From contig CAJFCJ010000010.1 in the NCBI GenBank assembly GCA_904063045.1, positions 1,240,001 through 1,304,000 of the forward strand: 64,000 bases of DNA, in the 5' to 3' direction. This DNA is from Dimorphilus gyrociliatus. Taxonomy: Eukaryota > Animalia > Annelida. Shown here in pieces: positions 1 through 13,942 of this stretch. Positions within the stretch are counted from its first letter, which is position 1, and the number at the start of each line of letters is the position of its first letter. The notes below the pieces were generated by a model that did no database searches, was not told where the DNA came from, and saw only the letters and a program-made list of their open reading frames with translations. The translations under genes and the position numbers were made by a program.

Positions 1-1681
1 TCCACCTAGGCCTATAATTTATAGTTATTTAGCTGCCCCTTAATGCGAATCACTTAACCGCAATGTTTACTCATTTTTGTAGCTACCAGGAGTCGTCGTT
101 ACCATTTTGTTTATTACTATTTTTTAAAAGGTTATTTTTATTGGATTTTACTGTTCTTTTTAATTATTAGAGTGTAATTTTTCATTACGATAGGAATAGA
201 TTTAAATTTTAAATAGCGTCTCGTTTTTAAGGCAATGACAATTAAAAATTGATTCCAAGTAAATAAAAAAAAATATTTCCTTCATTGTTATAGTAATTAA
301 GTTAAATATTAATGAAACATGAAAACATTTCATCAACAAATAAAAAACTATAAACAATAGATTAAACATACTTTATACTTCTTTTTAATTTATTTTATAT
401 ATATTAATATAGAAATTCTAACTAAAAATTTAATTATTCTTTAATTATAAATTAGTATATTCATGTTTATTCATAACTTACGAACTATACTTAATTAGTA
501 ATAATTTGAATTAAAAATATTCAACTTCTTTTAAGATTGTTTGGGAAGCCGAAGAAGGAAGAAAAATTAATTGAATGAGTCGTTAACTTGAAAGAAATAT
601 ATATATATATATTGATATTAATTGCTTATGGTATACTTTCTTTTAGTGCAGTATTAGAAATTCTCTTTTCTTTTAAGTATCTTTGAAAATAATGAATAAG
701 AGAAAGAGAACAAAAAAATGGAGGAAATTAAAATTGTATTTTCTGTTATATTTTGCTGTTGTATCATTAGTTTAATTATTAAAAGTATTTACCTAAATAC
801 TTATTGAACTTGATTGATTTATAATATTCCTTGATTATTTACTTTTATCGCTTGTTTTCATATCAAACAAAGGATATACAAAGCTTAAATATACATGTAT
901 ATATCTTTATAGTTCCTATGTTCTATCTTAATTTTTTTTCTTTATATCTTTCGTACACTTCTCTCTCTCTCCTACTTTCTTTTATGTCACTTTTAAGAGA
1001 AAGTATTATTTTACTCTAATTAATTAAAGTATGTTTCTTTTTTTGAAAATCAAAGCAATCATGAATAATTAAAAAGATAGTCATATGCTCCAACTTTTAT
1101 TTAATTACTGTATTGTTAGAGAATTATCAGTTATTATCTAAGGAATCAATTCCCATGGAATGGCTACTTTGGAGCATTAACTATGTCAAGCGATATCTGG
1201 TAAAAGCTTTTGAGTTGGATTACCAATAGTAAATCCCTATCTATTCAATATTAAAATAATAGCAAATATACTTAATATAAATTTTTAGATGGAATTAAAG
1301 AAAGATAGAAAAAAGTCTTTTATATCAAATAAAGATGACTTTTACCGAATGAAGGTGTGATTTAACATGATTTGAAAGATTTCCTGAAAACTATCCTTTT
1401 TCAAATGAAAGAAGTGACATTTTGAAAACACCTTAAAACTACTGATTTATGTAAAGACTAAAGAGGGCGAAAGGTCGAATTTACTCTTTTAAACGGATAG
1501 AGATATCTGTTAAAATGGGTCTAAATGGTCCAAAAATACTTGAGAATTAGCATTACTTGAAATAAAGCAATTAATGAAAGCAACCTTTTGCCTTCTAATT
1601 AATTATTCTAAATCTAATTTAAAGCAGGCTCAATTATTCTCAAATGTCAACCGGAATTCATATAATTTCGACTAAACCTAC

Positions 1682-4600
1682 CTCCTTCCAAAGTTGTAAA
1701 GCTAACGCTGTTACTTGCAGGACCTGAATATTTCATGTTCATCACCCGGACGACGGCAGTGTAGGTGATGAAAGGCCTCAAATTGATTACTTCACCATTA
1801 GTTTCGTGATTTTTGCTAAAAAACGTTTTCGTTTGGTTGCAAGCAAGATGATCTCTAAGTAGGATGTTATGAGATATCCGTTTCTTGCCTCCGCGTGGCC
1901 AGAATTCGATCTGCGATTAATGAGAAAAAGTGCTAATTAATTCTTTCTCGTTGAAAATTATCATTCAGCTCGTTATCTAGTGAACTCCGTGAGAGTTTTT
2001 AAAAATCTTTCACCGCCTACTTTCACCTACTCATTGATATACACTTCGGCATTATGTTTTTTGTCTTCCAATTTTGTCTTCTTTTCTAAAATATCTCTCT
2101 TATTGCCTTTTATAATTAATTCAGTTATCTTGAATTTAACGATGTGCGTTATTTAATTAATCCTCAATAAATTTCCAATTAGCTCAAGTTTAATATTAAA
2201 ATAAAGATGCATTAAATAAAACAATACATCTTGTTTCTATTTTTTATTTAAATTATGCTGAAAACTTTATGTCTGTATGAAAATACAGTATTATATTGTA
2301 ATATATATATCTTATAGATATAGTGTGTTTCCATAAGTAGTCTTATTTTTACTATGCGAATGTTCTTAGAAAAATAATCTGTTTAATTTAGAAAGGCATC
2401 CCTAGAAAATTGGTACTAAAGTCATTTATTTTTATATTCTCTTTCATCTTTAACTTCAAGTAGCTGTTTAATTAATTCTTTCTTTTAATTTGGTTCAGAA
2501 GCTAAAATATTTAAGGGATTCATATTAAAAAAAATAAACACTATAGCCTACTGATATTTATGTGTTTATTGTTAATAAATCCGATTATTAACATTTACTT
2601 TACTTTTTCAAATAGTCATGATTTACTATCGTGTTGAAGGTAGCGCTTGCATTTTAAAACAAAAAACATAACAACCGAAATGTATTGAAAAAAATCCTAT
2701 TATTGAAGGTAATAATTAGTTCTTTCTAGTAACTAGTGCTTTTCGTTATTACTGATAAAACCTTATTTAAAGAAGACAATTCCCTCAATCTTTTATTTCA
2801 GTCTTATTGAAATTATTTCTTTATATGACTAAAGTAGATTTCATTTCTTGCTTTCCTCAATCTATTCGTATATCTTATTCTTTCGCCTTTATAATATCTT
2901 TCACTGTAACATTTTGCGTTTGTTTAATTTTCGAATTTTTTAAGGCCTAAAAGTTAAATAGATATAATTTCCTTTAGCTAACAGAGCTATATGAATATTT
3001 ATAGGCATAAGAACGCCAAGTAATTCTACTCTACTTTCTTTTTTCTACATACTGAATCGTCTGCAAATAATTTGATGGAAAAGATAAAAAGAATGCTAAC
3101 TTTACTCTGTTTTTTAGATTACTCAAAATATAGTATATAATAGATAAATGATTATGTTTACTTTAGTAATACTATATAAAAAAAAAGACGATATCACATA
3201 TAATGAATAAAAAACGGATTAGTTACCAGTTGGCTACCAGTCTAAAAATTTATAGCATATAAATTACCTTATAGCCAGTGAAATAACCATTCATATCCAA
3301 CGAATTAGGATCTACAGCTTTCCAATGGAAACTCGCACTTGTAGATGTTAACCTTTTAGAAGGGTCCAAGGAAAATTCTTTAGGTATTAGTTCTGGAGCT
3401 GTGGGGAAAATAATTTATATCTCTTTTTCCTTAATGAACAAAAAGGGTAGGATCTATTATACGAACTATTTTCACCACTATACCCGATCCATTCTCTTCT
3501 CCTCTGAGTTGTCTCTCCCCTGATATTTGTACTTGTAACGCTTATCAAGTACTCTCTAAATATGGGCACCATATTGATAACAAGTCTAGGATTTTTTAAA
3601 GCTTTCACTTTTTTATTTTGACTTTGATATGTGTTTGATTCTCGCCAACTAACAATATAACGAAAATTCGGTCCATTTTGTTCATTTAAAGGAATATGCT
3701 GTTGAAAAAAAGGTAAAAGCGATTTATAGAAGTCAATTAACGGCCTTTAAGATATATATTTCATGTTCTGAATCTTGAAGAGATTTAAAAATCTATTAAA
3801 ATTCAATACAATATATTAAAATGTCACATTAGAGCAAAATGGTTATATTAAATAATAAATTACTTCTTTATATATATGAATATGTATATATATATATATA
3901 TATATAAGTATATATATGTATATGTATCTATATATTTAAAGCACTTAATTTTAATTTATGATGGAAAACTATTTTTATGCAATATATAAAGCGTTTCAGA
4001 CTATTTTAGCGTCTAATGGGAAATAGGCAAGAAATATTTTTCATGAATAATTTTTAAACTTTTGCTGATATACAATCTAGCATAACTGCTAATAAATAAT
4101 AAATTACTAGTATTAAATGTATTATGTATCTAGAATGTATATTTACATGTAACAGGTGAATATAACAAATAAATAAAAATTGCGTAGTTATGTATTTTAT
4201 TTTGCTTTTAACGTTGCCATTAAAAGCAGATGTTTAAACTAAAAGTCCTTAGGGTATGTAATAAGTATTCTTATTCTAGTTTCTAAAGATCGTTATTCAT
4301 CGCCTTTGATATAGTTTGTAAAGAGATGCTATTTGTATAAACATGCGGAAATTTAGATTAATTTACTATTTACTTTTCCATACTTTACTCTTATAATATG
4401 AAAAATATAAATGTAATTTTGCAAGACTGTTTTCTCCTCGTCTATTTCCTGAAAAATCAAACTAGTTACCGGAAGTGGTAAAGGTTTAATGGATATTCTT
4501 CAAAGTTTTTCACGGATACAAAAGATAAAAAGAGATACAGAAATAGGGAAAGCTACCATCGAATTTAGTATACCTATTGAACTCTGAATGCACTTAAAGG

Positions 4601-7600
4601 GGTTTTAGCGGTAAAAATTTACTGTAAATATAATACAATAGCTAGAAAGCACCAAAAAAGCTTGTAGATTTAACGGTTGAATAAACTCGGCGGATGAATG
4701 AAAAGAGTATTTTAGCATCTTCACAGGACCGAGACTACTTAAGAAAGATTATCATTCATTTTTCTTGCTTTCCGTTATATGAATTGGGACTACCATTATT
4801 AAATTCAGATTGTTGTATTCCGTTCCAGCAATTATACTGAAAAAATTCTCTCAGCGGGAAGTCGTATTCAACTAGAACGGAATTAATTACACGTCTTTCC
4901 ATTAATCGTATAAGAAATTCTGTTTGTGACTCACTTTACCCATTAGCTAACCTTTACCTCAACCCTTTACCCTCCCCTCTCCTTCCTTTTCCTCTCCCAA
5001 TGTCTAAAATCCCTGTGGCACACTTTCTTTTCAGTTTAAGATGTCCTAAATTTGATATATATACTGAATTAACGCTTATATATAAAGCAAGGAACCTTGA
5101 GAAAATAAGAAAATATAGTCAAAAAAAGGCAGCGATGAAAAAATTCATTATCCTAATTCAAAAGAATCCCATTGAGAAATTTTTACACCAAATAAGATTT
5201 TTGCACGCGACCTAAATCTTTGCCTTGTACTGTGCAGTAGTAAATAAAAAGTATTAGTTGTGGTCACGTAAAGCCTAATTGGTATTATACGAAGGTTAAT
5301 TGCTTCACTATCCCATTGAAATAAACCAAAACAAATATACACTGAATAAACTAATAGTATAGAATATGCTTCTCTATATAAATTTATACCTATACAAGAT
5401 AAACTGTATCATTTTTTTCATATACAAACAACAGTATCTTTACGCGACATAATAGCAAATTTTCCATATTAATTAACTTCAAATAGATATTCACATGTAT
5501 TTTTTTTGTTATAAAAATATACTGCTGTATTGTTTATTCTAGACGATGTATCTAAAAGATGAGATTTTTTTTCTTATGATACGAAATGAATTTCCCAGGG
5601 GAATAGCTTTCTATGCAAGAGTACAAAAGTTATATAAAAGTGGATGCTGTACTTTAATGTAGATAAATTTACAATATACATACTCTTCTATCATATACAT
5701 TAAGCGGGGGAAAAAACTTGCCATGCAACAATTACTATATTAATATTGGCTATGCCCTTAATTGACATCGAAGCTTTTGTATTAAATTGAAAGACTTTCC
5801 TTAAACTATCTCTAAAAATCTATTAATTTATTAAAATTTCCCTCCTTAAATCTAATCGTATATTTATAGTTACGTCTTTTTTTTTGTGAATAACGGTAGG
5901 CAATATAGAGCGCATTCTTCTCTCTCTTCCCCTTATGCGTTGGCAGGGCAGGTGCTTTCTCGCCAATATCATAAGTATAATCCAAATTGAAAATAATCAT
6001 ATGAAACTCGACCACAAAGTCTACAATAATTCTAATAATTCTTGCTATTCCTTATTAACTGAAGGTAAATTTTCATATCTTCAATATATAATTCTTAAGC
6101 GAAAATTGATATTTTTCCTACAAGAAAACAACGTGACAAACTAGATTTTTATTATACCATATCACTGTAAGATTGATAAGAATCTTTCTTTCTATAGACC
6201 AGTACACTATTATAACATTGCTAACTATGACGTCTAATTTTTAGCCTTACCTGCCAAGTTATGACCATTGTACCGGGACTTTCGTTTACTGTACAAACTC
6301 TTCTAGGATTATTTCGAGGAACTTCAGCATCTGTTTGACAGGATTTATCTGCAACTTTTGATGATTTTGACCAGCCTATTCGATTTCTAGCTTTGACGCG
6401 GAAGGAATAATTGCCGTAGGGTGACATTCTAATTCTCTGGAAGAAAAAAAATAGTGGAATTTAGAGCAAAATTTTGCCATTGGTTAGACAAATAAACTTT
6501 CAGGATGGGTTACTTCAAAATTTTTCGATTTATAGAATAAATAACAGAAAGGAAGAGCTAAGTAACAAATCGAAATAAAAAACAAAAAAAAGTAAAGGGG
6601 AAGAAGAAAAAGTGTAGAGAAAAATAATGAAAAATAGGTCCTTAAAAAATTTATGAATGAAGCACTCCATTAAAATCAATTATATTTAATACAAAAAGAG
6701 AGAGATGACTGTCAAAAGCAGATTTTACTGTTTAATCCGAACAACAGCCACCATTCTTTTCATCTATACGAATGTTTCAGTGACGTGTCAAAGATTACTC
6801 TTATTGCACTTCCTACACATTTCTGTTTGTTGTAAATGTTATATTTTGTTTAAAAAAAATGAAAAAAGAATCATTCCATTCCCCTTTTTATTGTTCTTAA
6901 ATCTTTTTTATGACAAATAACTTAAATATATAATTTTTATATGATTAAAATGATTTTATCATCCTTACAGAATTCTTTTATAGATGTTTTCCTTTTAATT
7001 TTTTTCGATGAAGATATAAAACCTTTTAGAAATGCATAGAGCAATAACAAAACAACCGGTTATCTGAAAATGGAATTATTTCTTAAAAGAGAAATTAAAC
7101 GGTTGGTTTAACGTCAAGAAAAACTATTTATAATGATTAATGAACTAATTTACAAGTATATAAGTTAATATATAGCTGTTACTGGTATCAATAAATAAAA
7201 TTAGACTAGAAAACATAAAGAGAAATACTGCGAATTATTTGAAAAGAAATATAAAAAAAAACAAATTTTTTACGTAAATCGAAAAAATATAATTCAACAA
7301 ACCAATAATTTTTAACAAACAGATCAATAGTCAATTAAGCTTTAACACTAGCATAGAAAGGACTAATAACAGTTCTAGGTTAATTGACATTAAATGAGAG
7401 AGATTGTTTTTAGATAAGAGTATATGAAACACTTATATATATATATATACTGTATATAAATTATATATATACAGCTTAACAACGGTAAAAGTTACGATCG
7501 AAAAAAAAAGAAATACTCTACGAAATAGTTTCTTTAAACAACTAGAACAACGGTATACATCACAATAGATCGTTTGATAAACAATAATACAAAAGTCTAC

Positions 7601-9015
7601 ACCATTCCCTTTAAAAGATTCTTGAAATTATAATCAAAGAAAGATATGTTTAGGGAAAAAATAGAACATTTCTAAAGGTTCTTTTAACTGTCTTTTTCAA
7701 CTTTATGTTTATTTGTAAATATGTAAAGTTTCCTTAGTTTCTTTATACAAACAACAAGTTAAATTTAATCATTTCTTGTATTATACTGTAGGGAAAGTTT
7801 ACATTATCCTTTCTCTACAAGTTTGCTTTTGGTATGCATACATTGTCTGCTTTCAAGTACCAAAAGTACCAAATTACCTTACCAGGAAATACACCTAAAG
7901 TCTATTACGCGATAATGTGCTCTATTTACTCAAAGAACAAGAAGGAACAAAGGGTGGCTAATTTCCCTATAAATAGGTACTAAGCTTACCTTTCGCGTCT
8001 TGTCTCCCGATATTCCTGTTACATTCATCCAGATGTCAGGTTCATAACTTGAATTAAATTCTATGGCAAACTCAGATATATTGGATTTAGTATCTGTTTT
8101 CCATTCAACTGTAGCGTATTGCTGGTTGCAGAATAAGACAATTTTCGGAGGAAGAGGCCTGTCGAAGACTGTAAGGTTGGCTTGTGCTCCAATAGAACCC
8201 AATGAACATCTATAAACTCCATTATCAGTCCTTCTTACATTGCGGATTTGAAGTGTATTATTTTCGAAGACTTTGAAACGTTTACGTGATTCAACATGTA
8301 ATCTAACGTTGTTTTTGTACCTGTCAATAAATAATTAGTTTTAAAGGTTTATTTTGACATTTTAATCTATATGAGATGCTTTTTCATTATGTAATTGTAT
8401 CTTTTGTATTTATCATTCTGTCTTACTACAACCATAATTAAATAGACTAAATTCTCTATATTTTCATTAAAGATGCTCTACCAGAGCTGCTGATTAAACA
8501 GAATGTTATTATTAGTTTTTTGTTCATATTTTACATAGGTGGATATTGCAGTGTTGCTGTTACGTAAAATTAAGAAATGCAGCTACTTTTTCTTCATATT
8601 TTTACAAAGCAAATATAAAAAAAAATCTAACAAAAAAAAAGTAAGGTCAAAAATGTCAAATTAGTCATCAATTTGGCTCTGATCGGATAATTTTCCTCCA
8701 ATAAACTATTTTATTAAATCAAACCCTGGATCTTGAATAAACTTAATATATTAAACGCAGGCTACAGAGTAGCCTTAATATTGACTATAACATTAAATAA
8801 AAAAAGTTCATTTGATCTATTGGCTTTATATAAAAAGTAAAACTATAGAAAAGAAGAGAATTTTTTTAAATATAATTAAAATATAATTATTTTATACTAG
8901 TTTTAACTATTTTATCATGATTTTAGACTGATTTATGACTAATCCAAAATTATTCATGAATTATTCATGAGAGAAAAGACTATTTAAATATTTCATTTAA
9001 CTAATACATTGGTGA

Positions 9016-9057
<42 letters not shown>

Positions 9058-10245
9058 ATATACTGTAGATATTAAATTATTGCTATATACATACGAGGAA
9101 ATATGAAAGCACTGTCTTCCCTTGTACCTAAGTATTTTCATTACTTTTTTGCAGCATTAGCGATTAGATATATTAATGCAGTTATCAACTTGTATTAGAA
9201 AGGTTAAAAGAAAAGGTTGAAGACATACTACAACATACTAGACAGCTTCTTATACTTTCGAAGCCAAAAAATTGTCTGTCGTAATCAATTAATTTCATTG
9301 TAAATACTTTTTTAGTACTTAATAGTATAGTCTTTAATCGTTTGTCACTTGAGGGCTTAAGAATCTGTGTGAAATTACCCATGAAATAACAAGAAACAAA
9401 AAGTACTTTGATACACGGTTTAAAGGGTAAACAGATCATCTTAAAACCAAATAATTTAGAAAACTGTTTATCTTTAAGTTAAATATAGACTAATATATTT
9501 TATATGTAAACTTACCAGGAAACTTGACCATTTTCTACTTTGCAGTCCAATGTTGCTGTACTTCCGGCGTCGAGTCTTGACGAAGTTGGTTGTTGAATAA
9601 TACGCCCTGTTTATTGCAAAATTGTAATCGCGACGCTTTTTATCTTTCGCTAATTTCCGGTCGCATTTCGACGTTCTAACGACGTTTTACGGCGTCCATC
9701 AAAGCTTTCGAAATGGAAGTTGGAAGGGGTATGTTTGCCGAGTAAACGCCACTTTGTAAGGCAATAAGTTTGCATAGTTTCGTCTGCCGAGCTTTAAAAA
9801 TCCGTTTTGAATTTCGCGTAGAGTTTCAATAAAAATAGACGTTTTGTTTGCTATCGGCGTTCACCTGCCTCGCTTTTCATAATGCTTCTCTATTGAAAGG
9901 CCTTTGCTCAACAAACAATCGCTTCTTATATCGAACGTATCTTATACAAACTCGAAACTCTCATCAGCGTCCATATATAAACTATCTTTAGGGTATTAAA
10001 TTAGCCAAGATTTATTTATTTATACAAGTTGGAAACTTAATTGAAGAGTCATAATAAGCTGGTACCGTATTAATATTTGGATCTTTCAGATCCGTCGTCA
10101 AAGGTTAATTAAAGAAAACGATCGTTAGGATGCCTGAGTAAGACGGCTGGATGAGCCGGATCATCACTAATTACTTACCTTCGTCCTTGGCCAAGCCTAT
10201 CGTAAAAAAGATAAATAGAAGAAACGTGCTAGTAGGCCTCTCCAT
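1682..10245 (-). CDS. Nrg: L1/neuroglian/NrCAM-like adhesion protein: signal peptide, one Ig domain, at least three FN3 domains; 3' end continues beyond the window start
   Basis: Exons 10245-10179 (MERPTSTFLLFIFFTIGLAKDE, signal peptide), 9606-9516, 8320-7990, 6436-6251, 3698-3467, 3398-3268, 1910-1682, all GT-AG with matching phases. Ig: LDC..W..LQIRNVRRTDNGVYRC. L1-type FN3 motifs: MSPYGNYSFRVKARNRIGWS, EQNGPNFRYIVSW, IGYSGEN, LRPFITYTAVVRVMN..SGPAS..FTTLEG. No further exon found in 1-1681. Confidence 0.85.
9020..9053. repeat. (TA)n microsatellite
   Basis: About 17 TA units, with TACTGTA at 9061. Confidence 0.95.
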
Positions 10246-12024
10246 ATATTACGTAACGCTCATTTTGCTGAAAATACGATATTTCCTGTATATATTCTAA
10301 TTATTTATATATGAATATCAATATATATTTTTACTCATAAAAATGATAATTCATTCTTACTTTTCAATATTTCTCCTCGGCAACGCCGCGAATGTTCCTT
10401 ATTCGGTAGCTCTCTGTTTTACGAAGGATTATTTGTAATGAGGCTATTGAGGTCTTATTAATTAATTGGAATGTAATCAACTCCAGTTCCGGTAGACCAT
10501 TAATTATTCTATTTCAAAACACTTTATAGATTTTGAAACTTCTGAGTTGTACCGACTGATTAGAATTCGATTTTTTCCCCTCTTTTTTTTATTCTTTTTA
10601 TTTTATTGAATGTAAACAGGAACAAAAAGGAGATAAAATATTCTTAAGTAAAAAAAAACAAGAAAAAAAAGAGGAGGAAGTAGAGAAGGAGAAAGGAGGA
10701 GATTTAAGTGATCACTAGAATTCTGATCTCGTTCCAAGTAGAAAATTCTATTCGTTATTAAGTCATTCTATTTTTTTGCGTTATCAAAAATCTTACTCGT
10801 TTACAAAACCAAAAACTCTCTTTATTCACTTTATTTTCTTTTCTACCTCCTATTTTCCAGTCTATCCGTGTCTCCTTTCTTTCTCATTCCCAAACCTCTT
10901 TACACTGTGGTCTCTGTTCTATTCCTTTACCAAAACTCATTTTTTCTACTATTTGCTTAATTTACCCTCTATCAACCGTAAATTTTTCATTTTCTTTATA
11001 GAATTGTTTAACGTTTTTAGCTTATACACGCAACACACATTTTCTAAAATTTAGCTATTTGCTGTCATTTCTTATCTTTTCTTCTTCTCTTTACTACCTC
11101 ACTACTCTTCTTCCCCATTTCTCTTCTTCCCATTATCTATTATATCTAGATTATTAAATAAACAAATAATATTCTATTCTACCGATAAAAGTATCAGTAT
11201 AATAAAAAAGGTGATATTTAGTTGACCTTTACGCTTTTTCATTAGTTATCAAAGGAAGTATGGAAAAACGTTATAATTCTATGTTTAGAAACAGATAGTA
11301 AGAAATTTTTGATTTTATTTGTAAAGTATCCTTAAAAAAAGTAACAATTAATCCATATTTATTAAACTATCTAAGCAATATTCGGTAACTTTTTACTGCA
11401 GGATTGATAAAAATATAAACGAGTTAACAGGATGTTTATACGTGATATATTCCTCATGAATAATTCATAAAAGTAGAATTTTATTATTACCGATAATGTT
11501 CTATACTAATCAACATGATGGTAAATATAAATTAATAGGCTATCTAATAAGTATTAAGTAGAAAAAAATTAAAAAAAACCCTACATCAGTGTGATTTAAC
11601 TTTCATTCTTTTACTAAAAAATAGAAGAATCAGTCATCAATCTCGCTAATCAAAGATATTACTAGGTAAGGAGAATTGACAATAAAATAGGCAATTATTT
11701 AAAAAGCATAGATTAATATCAAACTTGTTATATTTGAATATAATTCTATTTTAGTCATTACCGTTAAAATTGTTAATTGAAGGTGAATGTTCATGTTGTA
11801 TATATTGTAATGCGTATTTATATATATGACAGTACACATAGTGTATAATATAAACATAGAATTTACTTTATAAACTATATATATACTGTATATATACAGA
11901 ATATATATTTTACTTTAAATCAAATTTTCGTCTGTTCTTTATGCGTATCGACTTGGAGAAGCCAAAACGAATTTTTTACCAAACACCGAAGAAAATATAT
12001 AGACGCCGACGGCAAAAATATCAC

Positions 12025-12130
12025 CTTTGATTATTCATTACGCTAGTAATATAGAAAAAAGCGTGGAGACGACAGCCGCTAGCTGTCTAGAGATGTTTAT
12101 AGTCAGTATAAGAAAGATATTGTCGAAGCT
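12025..12130 (-). promoter_or_regulatory. Candidate non-coding first exon / promoter of the L1-like gene
   Basis: CpG-enriched patch (about 11940-12130) with a minus-strand donor AAAG|GTGATA. The signal-peptide exon has an acceptor TTTTCAG| at 10268, upstream of its ATG. Boundaries approximate. Confidence 0.3.
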
Positions 12131-13816
12131 CAATTGTTGTTTAGATAAAAAAAATACAAAAATGCATCTCGTATTGTTTAATCTGCATTTTTTTTTAATT
12201 TCTATCTGACTGAAGAGCATTCTCTTATTATAATGAATACAATTTAATTCATTCAATGCACATAGTTTATTATATAGTTTAACGTCTACTAAATACAAGG
12301 TGTCTACTTTCCATTAAATGCCCAAGGCTACTTTACTTTCTCGAAGTTGATAGTTTTCATCTAAACTCTTTAACTATTGTACATTTAACGCCTTCTTTAT
12401 CATCTTGTTTATTATAATTCAATTGTTTCAAGTTTTAAACATTTATATAGAGTAATAGATTTTGAAAAGAATAATATTTTCTTTTTAATGAACATTGAAT
12501 AGCGATTATTTTAATAATGTAAATATCAGAAAGAACGTGTAAAAGAAAGCTAATTATCGGAGCTAAATCATTTCAGTTATACAATCCCATCATATTTTAT
12601 TAGCGTCAAAATGTTGAATGAAAATTTCCCAAGCGTTTGCTATTCATAAAACGAGTAAAGGAACTGATAAAAAGAGCGAAAAGGTTAAGATTTACCAAGA
12701 AAAGACTCTTACCAATTTAAGATATATCTTTTTATTCTAAAAAAAACTCTTTCATTTAAAATTATAAATCTTAGCTTTGAACAGGTAAAAGCTTATGAAA
12801 TGGAGGAAGTGTCTAAAGATATCTATATAGTTGCTCTTTTTATAGATATTTATTAAAATGACTCATTTTAATATTAAGAATAAGGAATATAAACACTAAT
12901 ATACAAGTGTATACACATATGCATGTATGTAGCCCTACGCTGTATGGCAAAAAGCAATAGGTAGGTATAGGGAGAGAGAGAGAGAGAGCAATGATTAGTT
13001 TATCAACCATCTTTAAAATATATTAAAATGTTTAAAATCAATTTCTTTAGGGGAGAAAGTTAGTTTTCATGAAATTCTTGTTTTTTTTTTTGCTAGATAT
13101 GGAGTTGAGCGAAAGAGGATAAACGCAATCGGCCAGACCAGAAACAACACTTCTATTGTTTGTTAAAAGGACAATACTGGCAGACAAAAAATGAATGATT
13201 TAATAGGTTCTGGCGTCCCTATTGATCAATCGAATCATTTTACTAGAAAAAACATTCCAACGTTCAAAAACATATAAATCTTTTTTATCTTATTGATTAG
13301 TTATCATTTACATCTGCAATAAGTAACAAAACATGTAGAGGGAAAATGGGATTTGTTTGTAAAAATCTATGAATATACATACTTATAAAAAAAAAATTTT
13401 ATGCTTTTTCATGAAATATTCAGAATTATTCTACACTTATTTATATACTTGGTCTGTTCAATTGTTCATATAAACAATCCTGACAAACTGCTCTCTAAAT
13501 TCAACCTTCAATTAAGCTTTTAAGTGCATTTTTTTTCCAATCAATAGATAATCAATATATTAAACAAATACAAACTTTTCCAAAAGGTAAAATATAATAG
13601 ACATTTCCGGAAGAAACTCACCTTACGTAGGAGTAGGAATATATCTATAAGCGTTGAAGTTATTTATTTTCCTTATTTAGCAAGTTTATAAAATTCTTGA
13701 TTTCCCAACGCCGTTATGAATAGTACTACTAGGCTTGACGTTTCGCAACGTTTTTGTAGTAGCCTTTCTAGTAGACTTGTTTCACTCCACCTACCGTTAA
13801 AAAATTTTTCACCACA

Positions 13817-13830
13817 AGCGCCATCTGGAT
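13817..13830 (-). promoter_or_regulatory. CTCF/YY1-like motif upstream of the TRIM-NHL start
   Basis: AGCGCCATCTGGAT (reverse complement ATCCAGATGGCGCT), about 115 bp upstream of the ATG; one of five exact GCGCCATCT copies. Confidence 0.5.
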
Positions 13831-13942
13831 TTAAAAATTTCTTTGCCGAGACTTGTTTACCTTAACAACACTACAGATCAATCTTTAGCATATTAACAGG
13901 TTTATACTCTGTTATGCGATCGTGTCAGAACAGGAGATTTCA

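Noticed and set aside
831-12298. Short ORF-track entries at 831, 5000, 5148, 5812, 5935, 6705, 9185, 10776, 12027 and 12038
   Set aside because: Low-complexity F/I/L/K/Y-rich frames in introns or intergenic DNA, with no motifs or consistent splice phases.
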